Shown here: positions 14,273 through 27,800 of the stretch, piece by piece
Layout of the letters: each line of letters begins with the position of its first letter
Numbering within the stretch: position 1 is the first letter of the stretch
Assembly (NCBI RefSeq): GCF_037042905.1
Contig: NC_087251.1
Span: forward strand, 30,754,001 to 30,818,000
DNA: 64,000 nt
DNA from: Lytechinus pictus
Lineage: Eukaryota
Direction of reading: 5' to 3'
Notes under the pieces: generated by a model
Databases searched by the model: none
What the model was told of the DNA's origin: nothing
Seen by the model: the letters and a program-made list of their open reading frames with translations, nothing else
Translations under genes and position numbers: made by a program

Positions 14273-14658
14273 TAGCCATGTGTGAACATTTTTCTTTTTT
14301 TTCAATCTATACACAACGAAAAAAGTAAGTCCCCCCTAAATCAAATTGCTGTAACTTTTGAACGGAATTATTGTGAGATATGATATTTCGTAGGTGGTTT
14401 TCTACACTCATTAAGCAACTCCTGGGGGAAAATGAGATTGATCAGTTGATTCATGCATTAGTAATTAAAGATTGAATTTAAAATGACAACTTTTGAAAGT
14501 CACAAGAGTCGTTTTTCAGATTGTGCAAATACAAAGTTGGGCAAAAGTTCTTTTTGGGTGAATTTTATGGTGTTATGCTATTTTACTATCCATCATTTAG
14601 CAACTCCACACACAATTTTTATATCGTATGTTCATGGTTGAGTGAGCACAATGTATTG

Positions 14659-14832
14659 CAGGGGCCGTGGAAGCGGGGGAGGGGGTTTCAGCCCCCCCAC
14701 TTTTTTTACCAAAAGCATGTACAAAAATGTAAAAATGACCAATACGATTGTGATTTTTTGCATGATCAGCCCCCCCACACTTTTTGCTCAGCCCCCCCCC
14801 CCTCCCCTTTGAAAACCGTTCCGCGGCCCCTG
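14659..14832. mobile_element. MITE with 5-bp target duplication TATTG
   Basis: TATTG|CAGGGGCCGTGGAA ... TTCCGCGGCCCCTG|TATTG. Confidence 0.85.
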
Positions 14833-15674
14833 TATTGTGACGTATCATCATAGGGGTTTATGGTAGTATCCTCTACAACTTGTTAGATCATGTTAAAATT
14901 CGAAAATGTTGGTGGCTCCCCCGATTATAGGCCCCTCCCCCATTTCAAAATTCTGGATGCACCACTGATTTGTCCATAAATTAAACTGATCATGAGAAAT
15001 TGTTAGGAAAAGAATACATTTGTGCAGTATAAAGAGTATTCATTCCTAAGTTTTCGAATGTGCTCGCTCAACCATGAAAATGTTTAAAGTTCGGAAAGTG
15101 TGTGGTGATAGAAATGATGGATGATAAAAACAGCAATTAAAGTCTCATTTGAAACCGAATTTGCCCCCAGAATTCACTTTATTACCCTTTAAAATGAGAA
15201 TGTGACATTGAAAATACCAATTTTCCCACTTTGATGCGTGCTCACTCATCCATAAATAAACAAATCGATTTCATTTTTGTACTGAATTCTGCCCATAGGT
15301 TGATAAACATTCCTGCCAAATGACATTGCTAAAGACAGCCTTGAAAAAAAGTTCCACCATATAGAATAAGGGGTTACTTATTCTTAAACATATGCACCCA
15401 TAATGTATACAAGTCTATGAGAGAGGAAGTCAAAATTTTAACAAATATGAAATGAGGGTTTGTTTCAAGGACGGTTTTTGTTAATTCTGCCAACATTTAT
15501 TTCATGAAACTTCGCACATGGCTTCAGAGTAACACTATCCAAAAGGCGCGCACACCAAAATAACAATTCAATACGGCACAGAGTGGGGCCAAGGCCTTGA
15601 ACTTTCTTCTCATTTGCATATTTTTCGAATATTGTGTGCTCACTGATGCATTAAACATCAGGATTTTCATAAAA

Positions 15675-15856
15675 CAGGGGTGTGAGAGTTCAGATTTTTA
15701 TCTGATTTCAGATTTTTTTGTTTTGATTTTCAGCTTAATTTCAGCTTATTTTTGGCCTTCCTCTGTACAAAAAGTATTGGAGCTCTTTCTATTTCAGACT
15801 TTTTCAACACTTCAGCTTTTTTCAGACCTTTTTATTTGTGACCACTCACACCCCTG
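15675..15856. mobile_element. MITE with 6-bp target duplication ATAAAA
   Basis: ATAAAA|CAGGGGTGTGAG ... CTCACACCCCTG|ATAAAA. Confidence 0.85.
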
Positions 15857-17893
15857 ATAAAAATCAAATCAAATGAACTATGCAAGGAGGTTTGTGACAG
15901 ATATCCATAGTTACAAATTGCATTTTTTCCAATATCGTAAAAAAGAGCTAATCACATTCCATGTGTTCATTCAAGCGTGAATGTTTAAGTAAACGCCTTT
16001 GAATCATTGAAGCATGTTAATTGGTTATGAACATAACGAAAAAGTTGAGAAAATATCATTTCCAGTTACCAAAATTAAACAATACTTGCCTATGATATTT
16101 GAAAATCTTATTTTTTGTTTTCAATAAATGTTCATTGAACCGTGAAACGATGAATATTGTTGAAGATACTCTTCCCAAAAATAACTGTCATCATATATTA
16201 TCATTTTATTGATAGAAATGTGTAAATAATCAAATTATAGCAAGTTTGGACTTGTGTTTATTCAACCGTGAATTTAGCCCAAAAAGTTCTATCGTCTTTT
16301 AGAAAGTACCTTTTACAAGCCTTCTGACTATTTTTCATGATGAAAAGGTGGAATTAGTTCCAATAAAATGGAATCAAAGTCATGATATTTCGCTTGTGAC
16401 TTTTGAAAAGTGACATTTTTGCCTTCTGACGGTGCTCACTGAAGCATCACGTAAAATACGTCCATAACATTAAATCGGAGGGTAGCTTATGTAAAAATAT
16501 ATTAAAAACTCGCATTGGTTCAGAAATTATTGATGTTTGTTTAAGGGGGGACTTACTTTTTTTGTTGTGTATACATGTAGTTAGATTTAATTGAATAGTG
16601 TTGCTTAATATAGTGAGATCTTGAACTGATCATGGACCTGGAAAAGATTGACCTTTAGATATATCTCAAGTACTCCAAGGTTGTTGGAAGACAGGTTACT
16701 GACATTTTTCTGGATTTTTCATTAACTAAGACAGAATACTGAGGACTCTACCAACCTATTTATATGTAACTCATAAATCAAGGTTTTAAATAAAGATTTG
16801 CCAGTGGACTTTAAGTTTGTACCTTGGTGTTATCTGCTTGAGTATACAATTGTAGAAATGGTCTGATTCTAATTATACCTGTAGATAATCTTCTCTAGCG
16901 GCTGTCGGTACATGCTACTACATCTTTGCATAAGCCTGTAATGCACTGACAGCTAGACGGGAGATTAACTGGTACATGGGAAAATTTTACTTCACTGATA
17001 AGTTACTTTCTGGAGCTATTACAGTGTATCTCTCAACAGGATTAACAGTTTGGAGAGTTACATGTACATGTAAGGCATTAATTAACAGGATTAACATTTT
17101 TTTTTATAGTTTTTTTTTTGGAAGGGGAGTGGTCATGGATTGGAATTTCTGATCATGGAGAGTGCACCTCACTAGCTCATTTTAAACCTTCTTTGGACAA
17201 ATCTTTATAATTGAACAGAAAATAAGCATATTTTCAAAATACCAGTGAAGTTCAATTTGGAAAGTGTATTGTAGCTTTGATATATTATCATATTTCACTT
17301 TCACCCAATTTACAGAGAGAGAGAGACGGAGAGGGGGAGCTTCTGAACTGCCTTGAGTGCTGTTTATATAGTTTCTTATATGTGTCTGAAGAAATCAACA
17401 AAGCTCTTTGAAATTGTGATTTGTAAGGAGCTTGTTTGAGGTTGCCATAAATCAGGTCTTTTATAAAGTAAACATCCTTGAATCAATCCAACAAACTTTT
17501 CCCTTTGTCCATCAATGTAGAATGTTCATGGATTTCAACAGTTTAAATTCTCATCCTAAAGTAATACTATGATCCAACTTCTTATTTGATGTTATTTAAT
17601 ATATGTATGTTTGTCATTGCTTGTGTGTATGTGTACCGAATAAAACTATCAAATGTAATAATATTAAGATCATAATTCTGTATCTGTATCTATCTGTATT
17701 GTTGAGTCAGCAAAATACCAGGATTGACACATCATGCTAACTTGAAGAGCACGCTACGTGTTGACTGTGGAGTGGCTCAAAGTATTAATTGATATTTAAT
17801 TTATTTTTGAAGGAGTCCAAAGATAATGAATTTACCATATCTGCAGGGATTTTATTTCCAGTCGAATATGGTTGATACAAAGAAAGAGTCCTG

Positions 17894-18072
17894 GGGGCCG
17901 TTTCGTAAAGCTGTTCGTAAGTTTAAAGTTAAGAGCGACTTTAAGAACGACTGGAGATCCTTTCTTACGCGCTAAACCATCGCCTATGGTGTATACTATT
18001 TACCAAAAGAAAGGATCACCAGTCGTTCTTAAAGTCGTTCTTATCTTACGAACAGCTGTATGAAACACCCAC
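17894..18072. mobile_element. Palindromic Harbinger-like MITE
   Basis: Inverted copy of 13645-13815; CTG on both flanks. Confidence 0.85.
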
Positions 18073-18229
18073 CTGGAAGGCACTAGCTTTGTGACAGATC
18101 TGTTTGAGCTTTGTTGGGTTGTGTCTTGTAGATCTCTCATTCAGTTGGACATAGTCCTGAATAGATATTGAGACTAGTCTATTTACCATCTTGAACATCA
18201 TGCAAAGCACCCGATTGGTTCTTCTGGTT

Positions 18230-18920
18230 TTGAGTGTGGCCCAGCCTAAATCCTTCAGGGCCCCGGCCTGTTACAATACCATCTTCTCTTTTATAGTTGT
18301 TTGTGCAGAATCTCGCTGCTTGTCTTTGAATCCGTTCGAGTGAGTTGATGTTTTACTTGAGTGCTGGATCCCATGCTGCAATGGTGTATTCTAGGATGGG
18401 CCTTACCAAGGATTTGTATGCTGTGGATTTGACCTCCTTGGTAAATCCCCAAAGATTTCGTCTGATCACATTCTGTACCCTCTATGCCTTGTTGCAGACA
18501 TTTTTGGTATGTAGGTTCCATTTCAGGGTGTTCAAATGATGGAGTCCCAAGTAAGGGATGTGTGTATTTGTGGTGAGGTGGGTTTCTTCTCCCAATGGTC
18601 ATCGTACAGCATTTGCTTGGGTTAAAATTCATCAGCCACAAGTCCTGCCATTTCTCAAGCAGCTTTTAATCACTCTGGAGCACACTTGACTGCTGGTCTG
18701 CTGTCCGTGGGCGTATACAATATACATTTATCAGCAAACAACCTTGTGTGCAGGATAGGTTCTTCGGTAGATTATTGATGTAGAGGAGGAAACAAAGTGG
18801 GCCAGTGGCGGTCCCTTGTGGTACGCCAGATAATGCAGGCACCAATGGTGAGGCCTTGCCGTTAATAATCACTTGCTGAGACCGTCTGCTAAGGAAGTTC
18901 TTGACCCAGGCTGAGTCTAG
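18230..18920 (-). mobile_element. Degenerate CR1/L2-group LINE reverse-transcriptase fragment
   Basis: SGVPQGTATGPLCFLLYINNLP and W.MNFNPSKC motifs in broken frames. Confidence 0.9.
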
Positions 18921-20116
18921 ACTTTATTTAATCTGTTACAGAACAATTATGTTTCCATTCTATTAAGACCATCCATATTCCTGTACATCTCGTATCAAGT
19001 ATCAAGCATTTCATTAATGAATGTACATGTATGACAGTCATTTTTCATTATTTATTTTAGTAGGCATTTTCACTTTTATGAAGGGTTACCGACTCACGCG
19101 CCATATGATACTCCCTCCTTCCACTTCTCTTTGTCTTGAGCTTCCCCCTTTTTATGTCTTTGATTGGGTCTCTGCTCGAAAGACCGCCTTGTCGAATAAC
19201 CACAGGGCTGATGACCGTAGGTCAATGCAAGCTTTCAACAGGCTACATGCAAATGTCCAACCAGACTTTTCATGAATAATTTATTTGAGAAAAATTAATA
19301 TTATGAGTATAAAAAGAGGAAGAGGAATCATGCACAATTCTATATCAGTTTGCCTAGATGAAGTCCTGTTTTCTAGCCTTTCACCTTCCTGAGTGACAGG
19401 GTCTGTTTCCTCATTTCCTTCAATATGAAGGTTAGGCCTATTTCACAAGTGGAGCTAATATTTGTGTTATAAATATAAGGGTACCATGAGTCCAGCATGA
19501 CTCACAGCATGAGAGTTGGAATCATTAGTTGGCATCTAACATGTAGAGAGGAAAGTTATTAGTGTATGAATTTTGTCCCATGATTATTCACAATGCAGAA
19601 CTCTAAAGCTGTGAATCCTATCCTCCCATGCATGCTTTCTGGTACAAATTTATGAAATATCAAACAAATAATGCACAGTTTTAGTGGCGATGCAGGACAT
19701 CTACAATTTCCTTTAATTGCAACATTGTGAATACCTGAGATCCCTGTTAATTATTTACCATCAAAATATAAAGAATGCACATGTACATCTTTGTTAGCGA
19801 TTTTCAGCATTTTGGTTTTTATACTTTGTGTATAAAGCATGATCATTCAAAATTTGTCTTTTTATTGCATGTTTATGAACATGATATGTACGTAACTTGG
19901 GCTTATGCGTTTAAAAGAAAAAAAAGAAAAACTTTGAGATTGTACTCCAAATTGACAATTTTTTTTCCCTTGGTCCTAGACTCATGCAATTTTCAGTTTT
20001 GACTTCAATACAAATAGGGGTAGTCTCGCGAAAAGTGTTTGGGATGCAAAGAGGGGTGCTTCATTGAGGCCAATTATCTGTTAAGTGTAATTAGTATTTT
20101 TCAGTTTGGTCATTTT

Positions 20117-20155
20117 GCCTCCGACGAAGATTCTGCTAGGATCGAAAGCTTAGGC
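20117..20155 (+). ncRNA. Minimal hammerhead-ribozyme-like motif (Penelope-type repeat end), U4C variant
   Basis: GCCT-CCGACGA-A-GATTCT-GCT-AGGATC-GAAAGCTT-AGGC: stem I GCCT/AGGC, stem II GATTCT/AGGATC, palindromic AGCT in place of stem III. Confidence 0.65.
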
Positions 20156-23100
20156 CCCTTTTCGACTTTCTAGTAAAATATGGGTTAAAATAGCAGAAAA
20201 TCTGCTTGAACACTGCTAATCAGGTCAAATTCTGAGTTGCAGAGTCATCATAGTCATGTAAATTGACAGCACCGGTTGAGTATACTGGTACTGTGTTTTA
20301 AGCCTAAATTTCATATTTCACAATGATCAGGGAACATGAATGAATAATGTCAGAACTTAAAAACATAAAATTTTTATCTATAATTATACTTTATTTTTTT
20401 TTTTTTTTACTTTCTTATTGCCTGTTGCAACTACTCATGCAGTCATCAAGATTTCATCTCTGATTAATTAAAAAAAAATTGATTCGTTTCTCTGTCTTTC
20501 TCTCTCCTGGGAAAGGGGGGGGGGGTGTCTTTTAATACCCTTTCACTTTACAATGTATAAAGTGCATGCATTGCCCTATCATGAAAAAAAAATCCCTTAT
20601 TATAGTGCGTGTGTTTTTCTACTATGGCACCCACCTTGTTATGGCAGTGGCTCTTGAACTCTCTCTCTCTCTTTCTCTCTTTCATTCACTGAACGTAGTT
20701 TAACACTTGTAGAGTATGTGTCGCTCAATAACATGAAAGTCTGTCATATGCTTTGAATATTATCAACATGGTAGAGTGGAGGTTTCCTTTCAAATTTTGA
20801 GTGTTTTCCTAAGAAAATTAGTTTTTCATGTATTTAACCCGAGATTTCTGACAATGGCTCAGATCCTACTGGTTTCCTGATGTAGTCAGCTTTGTTGTAC
20901 AATGGTTAGCTTTGACCCCCAGAGGTCATGGTGGATAATACAACCTTTTTTTTTCTCTCTCTCCTTGGTAGCATGAAAATAGAAAGGAAATAGTCATCTG
21001 CACGTGATTATGCATTATACTACATTTAGTGTATCCTGTGCACAGATTGTTACTGGTTTCATGTGTCATTGATTAAAATAATGTTGGATTTTATTGCTGT
21101 GCTAATTACAAGTACACTGTATCATGAAGCTAGTGTAGTACATACATGCAGGTAAACTGCCTACCGGTAAGTCACCACAGATATGTGCTTGACTGACTTG
21201 AAACTTTTATAGAACACATGTTTTGCATGGTCTGATAATTCTTGTCTCAAAAATTGCTTTGATTTGGGCAAATATTTGACTTGGTACAATGGCATTTCAT
21301 TACATGTAGGCCTATACTTGCATTATAGGGCCTATATCTGTAACAAAGAAATAGTGAAATACATATAGAGTAATAAGTGAAGAATATAAAAGCAGTACCC
21401 CCCCCCCCTTATCACTTTAATATCAAGATGATTTTCGAAACTCTAGGAATAGGGTGTACTTGTACATGTTATAAATCTAGAACTAAGATGTCAAGATGCA
21501 AATTTGTAAACAGTGAATTTTATACTGTGTGCTTTAATAGCTGCAGGCAAAAGATTTAAAATGAAAAAAATATATATGTACAGGTATGGAATACTGCTTG
21601 AAAATTTTTCTTTTCCCCAAAGATGAATTTTATGATATTTTTAAAAGCCTTTTTTCCATCAAAAAAAAAAAAAAAAATTCTGAACCATGATGTAGAGGAT
21701 TCATTGTCCTAATTCTGTTGACAGTATATATGCCTCTTGACAAAGTTTGTTGTGACTTTTGTGAATAGAAATCTGCATGTTTATCAGTACATATTACCAA
21801 TCTATATGTACATGTATTTTTTGTTATATCATTCCTTGTTTGGAGATGAAATGTTCTTGTCTTTTTCAATGACCTTGAAAAGTCAAAGCAGATCGAACTG
21901 TTTTATCTGATTATAATAAATATTTACTCATTGACTGGATGTTTATCTGTGACTTTGGAGTAGGCTTCTCCGTGACGTGTAGCTATCTCATCATTTTCTA
22001 TTGTACATGTAAAGTGCCTTTTTTGTGACTGTAACCCTGGCCTTATGCCAGTTATTCATGATGTTGAATGCAATTGAATGTGTTGAGTAGGTTATGTGCC
22101 AGGCAGCTGATAACCTAAACTAGCAAATTAGCTACATTGTATGTATACTAGAAAAAGCAGTACCGGTATGTATTCTTCCACAAATTCATTGTATGAGCTA
22201 CAATATACAGTTGTATAAGGTGTCAAGAACATAATTCTTAAAGTAATGTTCTGGCAATATAAGTGTTTGCGGAATAAGATCATTAAAAGACACAATTGAA
22301 AAAACTATGTATACTCCATGATTGGGTATTACGTTCTACATGAAGACATGTACATAAGGGGTGTCACCATCCTACATATAAAGCTATTCTCACCTTTTGC
22401 AATAATATTGTGATACATGATGTATATAATACAAGTACATACATGTTTTAAAACACGTGTACATCAAGTGAGGTCAATCCATACATGTATGTAGCTTTAT
22501 GAATTGTATTCCAGTCTTTCCAGAATATGCAGACTTCCTTTTGATTTTCGATGTAAAGCAAAAAATGTACACTTGTATTCATAGCCTATGATATAGGCAG
22601 ATGCTGCAGAGCAGCCTCCGTTTATATAGTTAATTATACCCTCCTTATTGTTTGTTTTCTTTTAATCAACTTCATGTACTGTATGATGCAGTGCAGATTT
22701 TTTTGTTCTAAAGACTGCCATGTTGTTTCATGAAGACTTCATTCAAATTTCAAGTTCAAGACATTGAGAATGATGAACATAATGCCATTTACATGTATAT
22801 CTATGCCAACGTTACCCAGGTACAATTTGAACTTTGAAGTTACCATAATGGTGTCAGATTGGAATCAAATTCTCGATGTCTGAGGTCTTTGAATTTGAAA
22901 ACTTACTGTTCTTAACTTTATATATGCCTTTATTCCAAACCAATATTTCTGTTGCTTGAATAGTGTTTTATCCCACAATGTGTTCCCAGCAGTATAACAC
23001 AAAAAATAAATGGACAGTTTTGAAGCATGAAGCATTGTACTTGTGCTTGTTTCTTTTTAGAAACAACAGTGATGTTAATAATTCTGTTGTAAACTTTTAA

Positions 23101-23347
23101 AAACCCACATTTTATTCATTTTCTTTTTTAAAGAACAAATGAGGAATTATATTTTAATTCTTATAGTTCCAAACTCACATTTTACTGTTTTTCCATTGTT
23201 GGCTTTTTTTTTGTAGAACCCAAAATTATGTTTTATTTCGAATTATCCTTTATTATTTTGTAGTTCTAAACTCAGAGAACTAACAAGGAATTACATAGTA
23301 TGTTGTAAAATTCTTTTATATTTTGTGTCTTTTATTATGATTTTCAG

Positions 23348-23475
23348 TTGGGAGGTCTACGTGTCAGAAATTTATCTGTGTGTGTATAACCTTTGACCTG
23401 ATGCACTGAGAGTAGCAGTAAAGTGATAAATCTAACCAAAGAATTTTGTAAAGGAGCCGTGTTCATCAATGTGAG
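23348..23475 (+). other. Candidate 5' UTR exon of the nuclear receptor
   Basis: Long T-rich tract ending TTTTCAG at 23347; donor GAG|GTAAGT at 23476. Confidence 0.55.
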
Positions 23476-23687
23476 GTAAGTTCGTCTATCAATGCATTAA
23501 GATAGGGGCTGATGGGCATATTGCACTTTTGTATTAAGAGTGTACAAGATTTTTTTTTGGGGGGGGGCATTTTGATTTTTCTCGTGTTCATTATCTTAAA
23601 AACATATACAACAAATTCAACCTACTGTAGTGTGATTGGGATATAGTCTGCCAGCACAGAGAAGGGAAAAGCTTGCAATATATACCT

Positions 23688-24220
23688 GAGGATGTGTTCA
23701 ATGTCGGTTTCCAAATTTAAAACAGCAACATGAAACGTGATTGAAAACGTGATTAAAAAACGCGGATATAATGAGAAACGAAGGTTGTGTTCAATGTCCT
23801 CCATTCCCGGCCGTCAAAGTAAATCTCTTTCAAATCATGATTCTGAGGAAAATTTAAACGTCAAAAAAGATGCGGTTGTAAACGTGATTAGCTCAAATTT
23901 TACGACCTTGAGCATCGAGAATGTGACGTTGAACACGATTGAGTTTTTAAACATCTTTAAATTTGCTCTCGCAGTGGAAGCCTACACAAACAGGTGCCAG
24001 AACTGACCTTTCTTGTGATGGGTCAAAGTGCGCAAGTGCGCACTAAAGCTGCGCTAATGAAAGTGGGAAATTTAAAGACGATCAACATATAAACGCCTTT
24101 ATATTTTCGACACTGAACGGTGCACCGCTGATTGTGTTTGCGTTCGGTATTTTGTAATTGAGTTTTCAATCATGATTCATGTTGCTGTTTAAATTTGAAA
24201 ATCGACATTGAACACACCCC
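23688..24220. mobile_element. Harbinger-like TIR element
   Basis: GTGTTCAATGTCGGTTT versus AAATCGACATTGAACAC. Confidence 0.7.
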
Positions 24221-24714
24221 TAGTCTGCTCACATCTACCTGAGGGTGCCCAGATTTACCTTGCCCTCACAGAGGCCACCCTCATCCATTCCCTCCATTTT
24301 GCTCGATTCATTGCATCCTGCTCCCTCATCCCAACCCTCCTACACTTGCTTCTTCCATGTCTGGTTCGCTCATCTCCCCCCTTCCACTCTGACCACACAG
24401 GTCTATCAATTAGTGATGATCACATATCCTGGGGCCTAACTGTGAGTGGAAGATGTCAACTTAAGATGACATAACATGAGGGAGGAAATTCTTTTCATAC
24501 AGTGCTTTACCTTCAAATTGATAGTACAAGTGGTTGATCTAGCCGGATTAGAAACAGTACTTTGAAAGATCAATCCATTGTGCATGAATGCTGACTGTGA
24601 AATAGATATTGTACCTATTACTACAGCCGCCACTTGGTTGAACTACATTTCTACTTTGATGGAATAATGTTCCTCTTGATCTTACCTGTGATCTAGTTGT
24701 CAACCGGTGTGAAG

Positions 24715-24861
24715 ATGGAGGCCCCCCAGGGAGTGCTTAATGATAAGACTGTGACATTTGTCCAGGTACTCACAGTATCTGATATGGCGGAGGCGGCAGC
24801 CTTAGTAGCCTCGGAGATGAACCAGAACTCCTCTATTGCCAATCCGATCATGCAGATCGTG
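24715..24861 (+). CDS. Nuclear receptor coding exon 1 (A/B region)
   Basis: Acceptor TAG at 24696, AAGATGG start context, donor GTG|GTGAGT phase 0 matching the next exon. Confidence 0.75.
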
Positions 24862-27800
24862 GTGAGTAAACATACATGCTTGATTTCAGCTCCTACTGTG
24901 GTGTTGGTATTCATAGCAAAACACAAGATGATGAACAGGGGGTGGTTTCGAAAAGATTGTAGTCGGACTAAGAATCGCTTTTAAATTCCCAGTTGCTTGT
25001 GGCATATAAGCCCACTACCGCATTGGTCAGATCATGCCAATTGGGCATGTGGTAATCAACAACGAAATCGTGTGTAAATTTTTATGGGTATTTTGGCACT
25101 TAAGCATGATTTTTTCGTCGGTCAAACTTTGTGAAACTCCCCCATGGACATTGGCTAGAAAAACTTAATATATTACTAAAAGCTCAACGCAGAGTGATTT
25201 TAATTGTAATGCTAGTTTCACTTCAAGTTCGATGTTGTGGCTGATGAAATTTGCCCCAACAGCAACACTCAACACCATATGTGATACCACCAGTGACGAT
25301 CTTGAGATGTTGGTAAAGGCTAGGGTTAACATTGTTATTCTAACTTAAATGTTAAGTCTACCCTAACAACAAGATTTAAGGAAAAAATATATATATAATG
25401 AACATAACTGAAAATTTCATAAATATCAGATCCAAAATAAGAAAAAGATAAAATTTGACATTGTAATTTTTTGCCAAGTTTTACAACACTTGTGATAAAA
25501 TTGAAATATCTGATATTTCATAACATAAAATGCAAAACAAATAGTCAATGACACCACACACTGACTATTTGTTTTGCATTTTTATATTTTGATTTTTGTA
25601 GAATTGACAATAAATAAGCTTCTGGGCGAATCATAATAAATTACAACATTGGCAATTTTACATGTTCATGCACCATTCAAACAGTATATGTCACAATTCA
25701 CTTTAATACAAAAATAGTGACTGTGAAATCATTGGCTCCCTCATTTGCGTTTTGTCTTTGTTGTGTATATCACTGTTTTTTTTATTAAGTTAAACTGCAA
25801 AATGTCATAATTTTTTTTTATAGGATTTGATGATTTGAAGAAAATCAATTGTTTTGTTGGGGTGGACTCAGCCTTTAAACTGTCATATCTTGCTCTTATT
25901 ATCGGTAGCTAAATGTGACAACTCTGTCTATGTTGCTTGATTTACTGGACTTTAGTCTTTTACTCAGTCATACAATTTCTCTTTCAATACACAATCAATA
26001 AAATTAGGTTATTACATGTGCCTCAGACTTCTGCCTACGACATTGATATGATTGACTGTAGATCTAGAAGAATTTGTTTTTAAGTATTCAAAGAAAAGAA
26101 AGTATGGTTTGTAGTGACAAGAAATCAAATTACATTACACTTTAATGGATATCCAAACTTAGCTATGTCAGCACTCTAGAATTCTGATGACCGATTCAAT
26201 CAGATTCTGGTATTATCTCATTCCAGTGATTGATGTACAAATTTGTCAGCAGAACAACTAATGTTCTCTGATCCTAAAGCTGTTCGTGTTACATGCTGTT
26301 ATTTGCGATTTCCCATGATATTGACATTTAAACCTCAAATTCATTGTTGGTTGATTTCTGTGTTTACTACATGTAGGTGCAAACACCGGATTCTGCTGCT
26401 GCTCTTGCTGGTGAAGAAAGAGTAGTAATTTCTTCACATGACCCCTCTGCCACACCTAATATTGAAACCATTACAATGGCAACATCTGAAAGCCCGGCAG
26501 ATCTGAAGGCCAATGTGATCCCAAGCAACAGCACAACAGCCACACCACCCAACGCCTCATCGGGTGAAGAAAGGCTCTGCTTGATCTGCGGTGATAAGGC
26601 TAATGGCGTACACTACAATGTACTATCTTGTGAAGGTTGCAAGAGCTTCTTCCTACGTAGCAACAGATCAGGAGCCACGTTCACATGTGCTTCAGGAGGC
26701 AACTGCAACATGGATTTGTACACAAGACGACACTGTCCTGCCTGTAGGATGAAGCGTTGCTTAGAGTGCGGCATGAAGGTGGAAAGTGAGTGACATTAAG
26801 ATATTTACAAATATTCTAGGAGGGCCACAATGGTAGCAAATAAAATTACACCTGAGAAATTATATCATTAGGAGATGAGTTTGTATAAGTCCAAAAAAAG
26901 AAAGGGAAATCCAACTCTGCTTTGTTCCAGTTTCCTTTTTTCTTTTTTGGTTTATAAGTTACCCAATCAATAGCTTTGTCATTAAATTCAGATCAAAATT
27001 TTGCAGGTACACTACCTAAATGTCATACTTATTATAATAGATTAACTTAATATAATGTTTGAGAAAAATCAACTGTACTTCTATGAATTTAAATAAAAAC
27101 TGTATTCAAACTTTAAATGATTCATGATGAAGCAGTTAATCACAGGGAGTGTGGCATTACATCTGTCTCTTTTTTTTTTGTCTGATAGGAGTCTGGGACA
27201 AAGGTCGCCTGAAAACGAGAAAACCTCTCATACGAGTGAAGCGAAAGAAGAAGGTGCCGGGCATACACGCAGATTCAGCGACCTCTCCCACGGTTGCTCC
27301 TCCCACTCCAGGTGCCCCTCCCACTCCAGCACCGGCAGCAGCTCCACCCAACCCAGCATCATCTTCCATCCTACCCCAGCAGTTACCAATTGAAACTTCT
27401 CTGAGTTCGACCCCTTCAAGCTCACGCTCCAGCAGTCCTTCAGCCTATAGGTCTTCATTAACAGTCACCCCCAACATGTCCACCAACCCCATCCCTTCAG
27501 CTGTTCAGATGGACAAAGATATGCTACCATTTTCAGACCCTTCCCAGCAAATGGCCGGTGACAGTGGGATGTTGACGATCGATTTGGACACTCCGGGAAC
27601 ATCCACACAGACGCTGCTGACCTTTGGTTCAACGTATCCTCAGCTTACTCTGGCGCAGGAACAACTGATGATCACATTGGAAAAAGGATATAATGCTTCA
27701 ACGGAAGTCCTCAAGCATTTATCAGTAAGGAATATTTGTTCATAACATTCTTCTTAAAATTCTGAAGAATAAGTGTCACGTTGGAAATTGTATACCTTAC

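Larger units (their letters stand above)
14312..16569. mobile_element. Tc1/mariner-like non-autonomous element (~2.3 kb) with TA target duplication and nested MITEs
   Basis: TA|CACAACGAAAAAAGTAAGTCCCCCC versus GGGGGGACTTACTTTTTTTGTTGTG|TA. Confidence 0.85.

Noticed and set aside
13831..14314. Arg/Lys-rich protamine-like and Leu/Ser-rich ORFs
   Set aside because: Translations of the GAA/GGA low-complexity tract.
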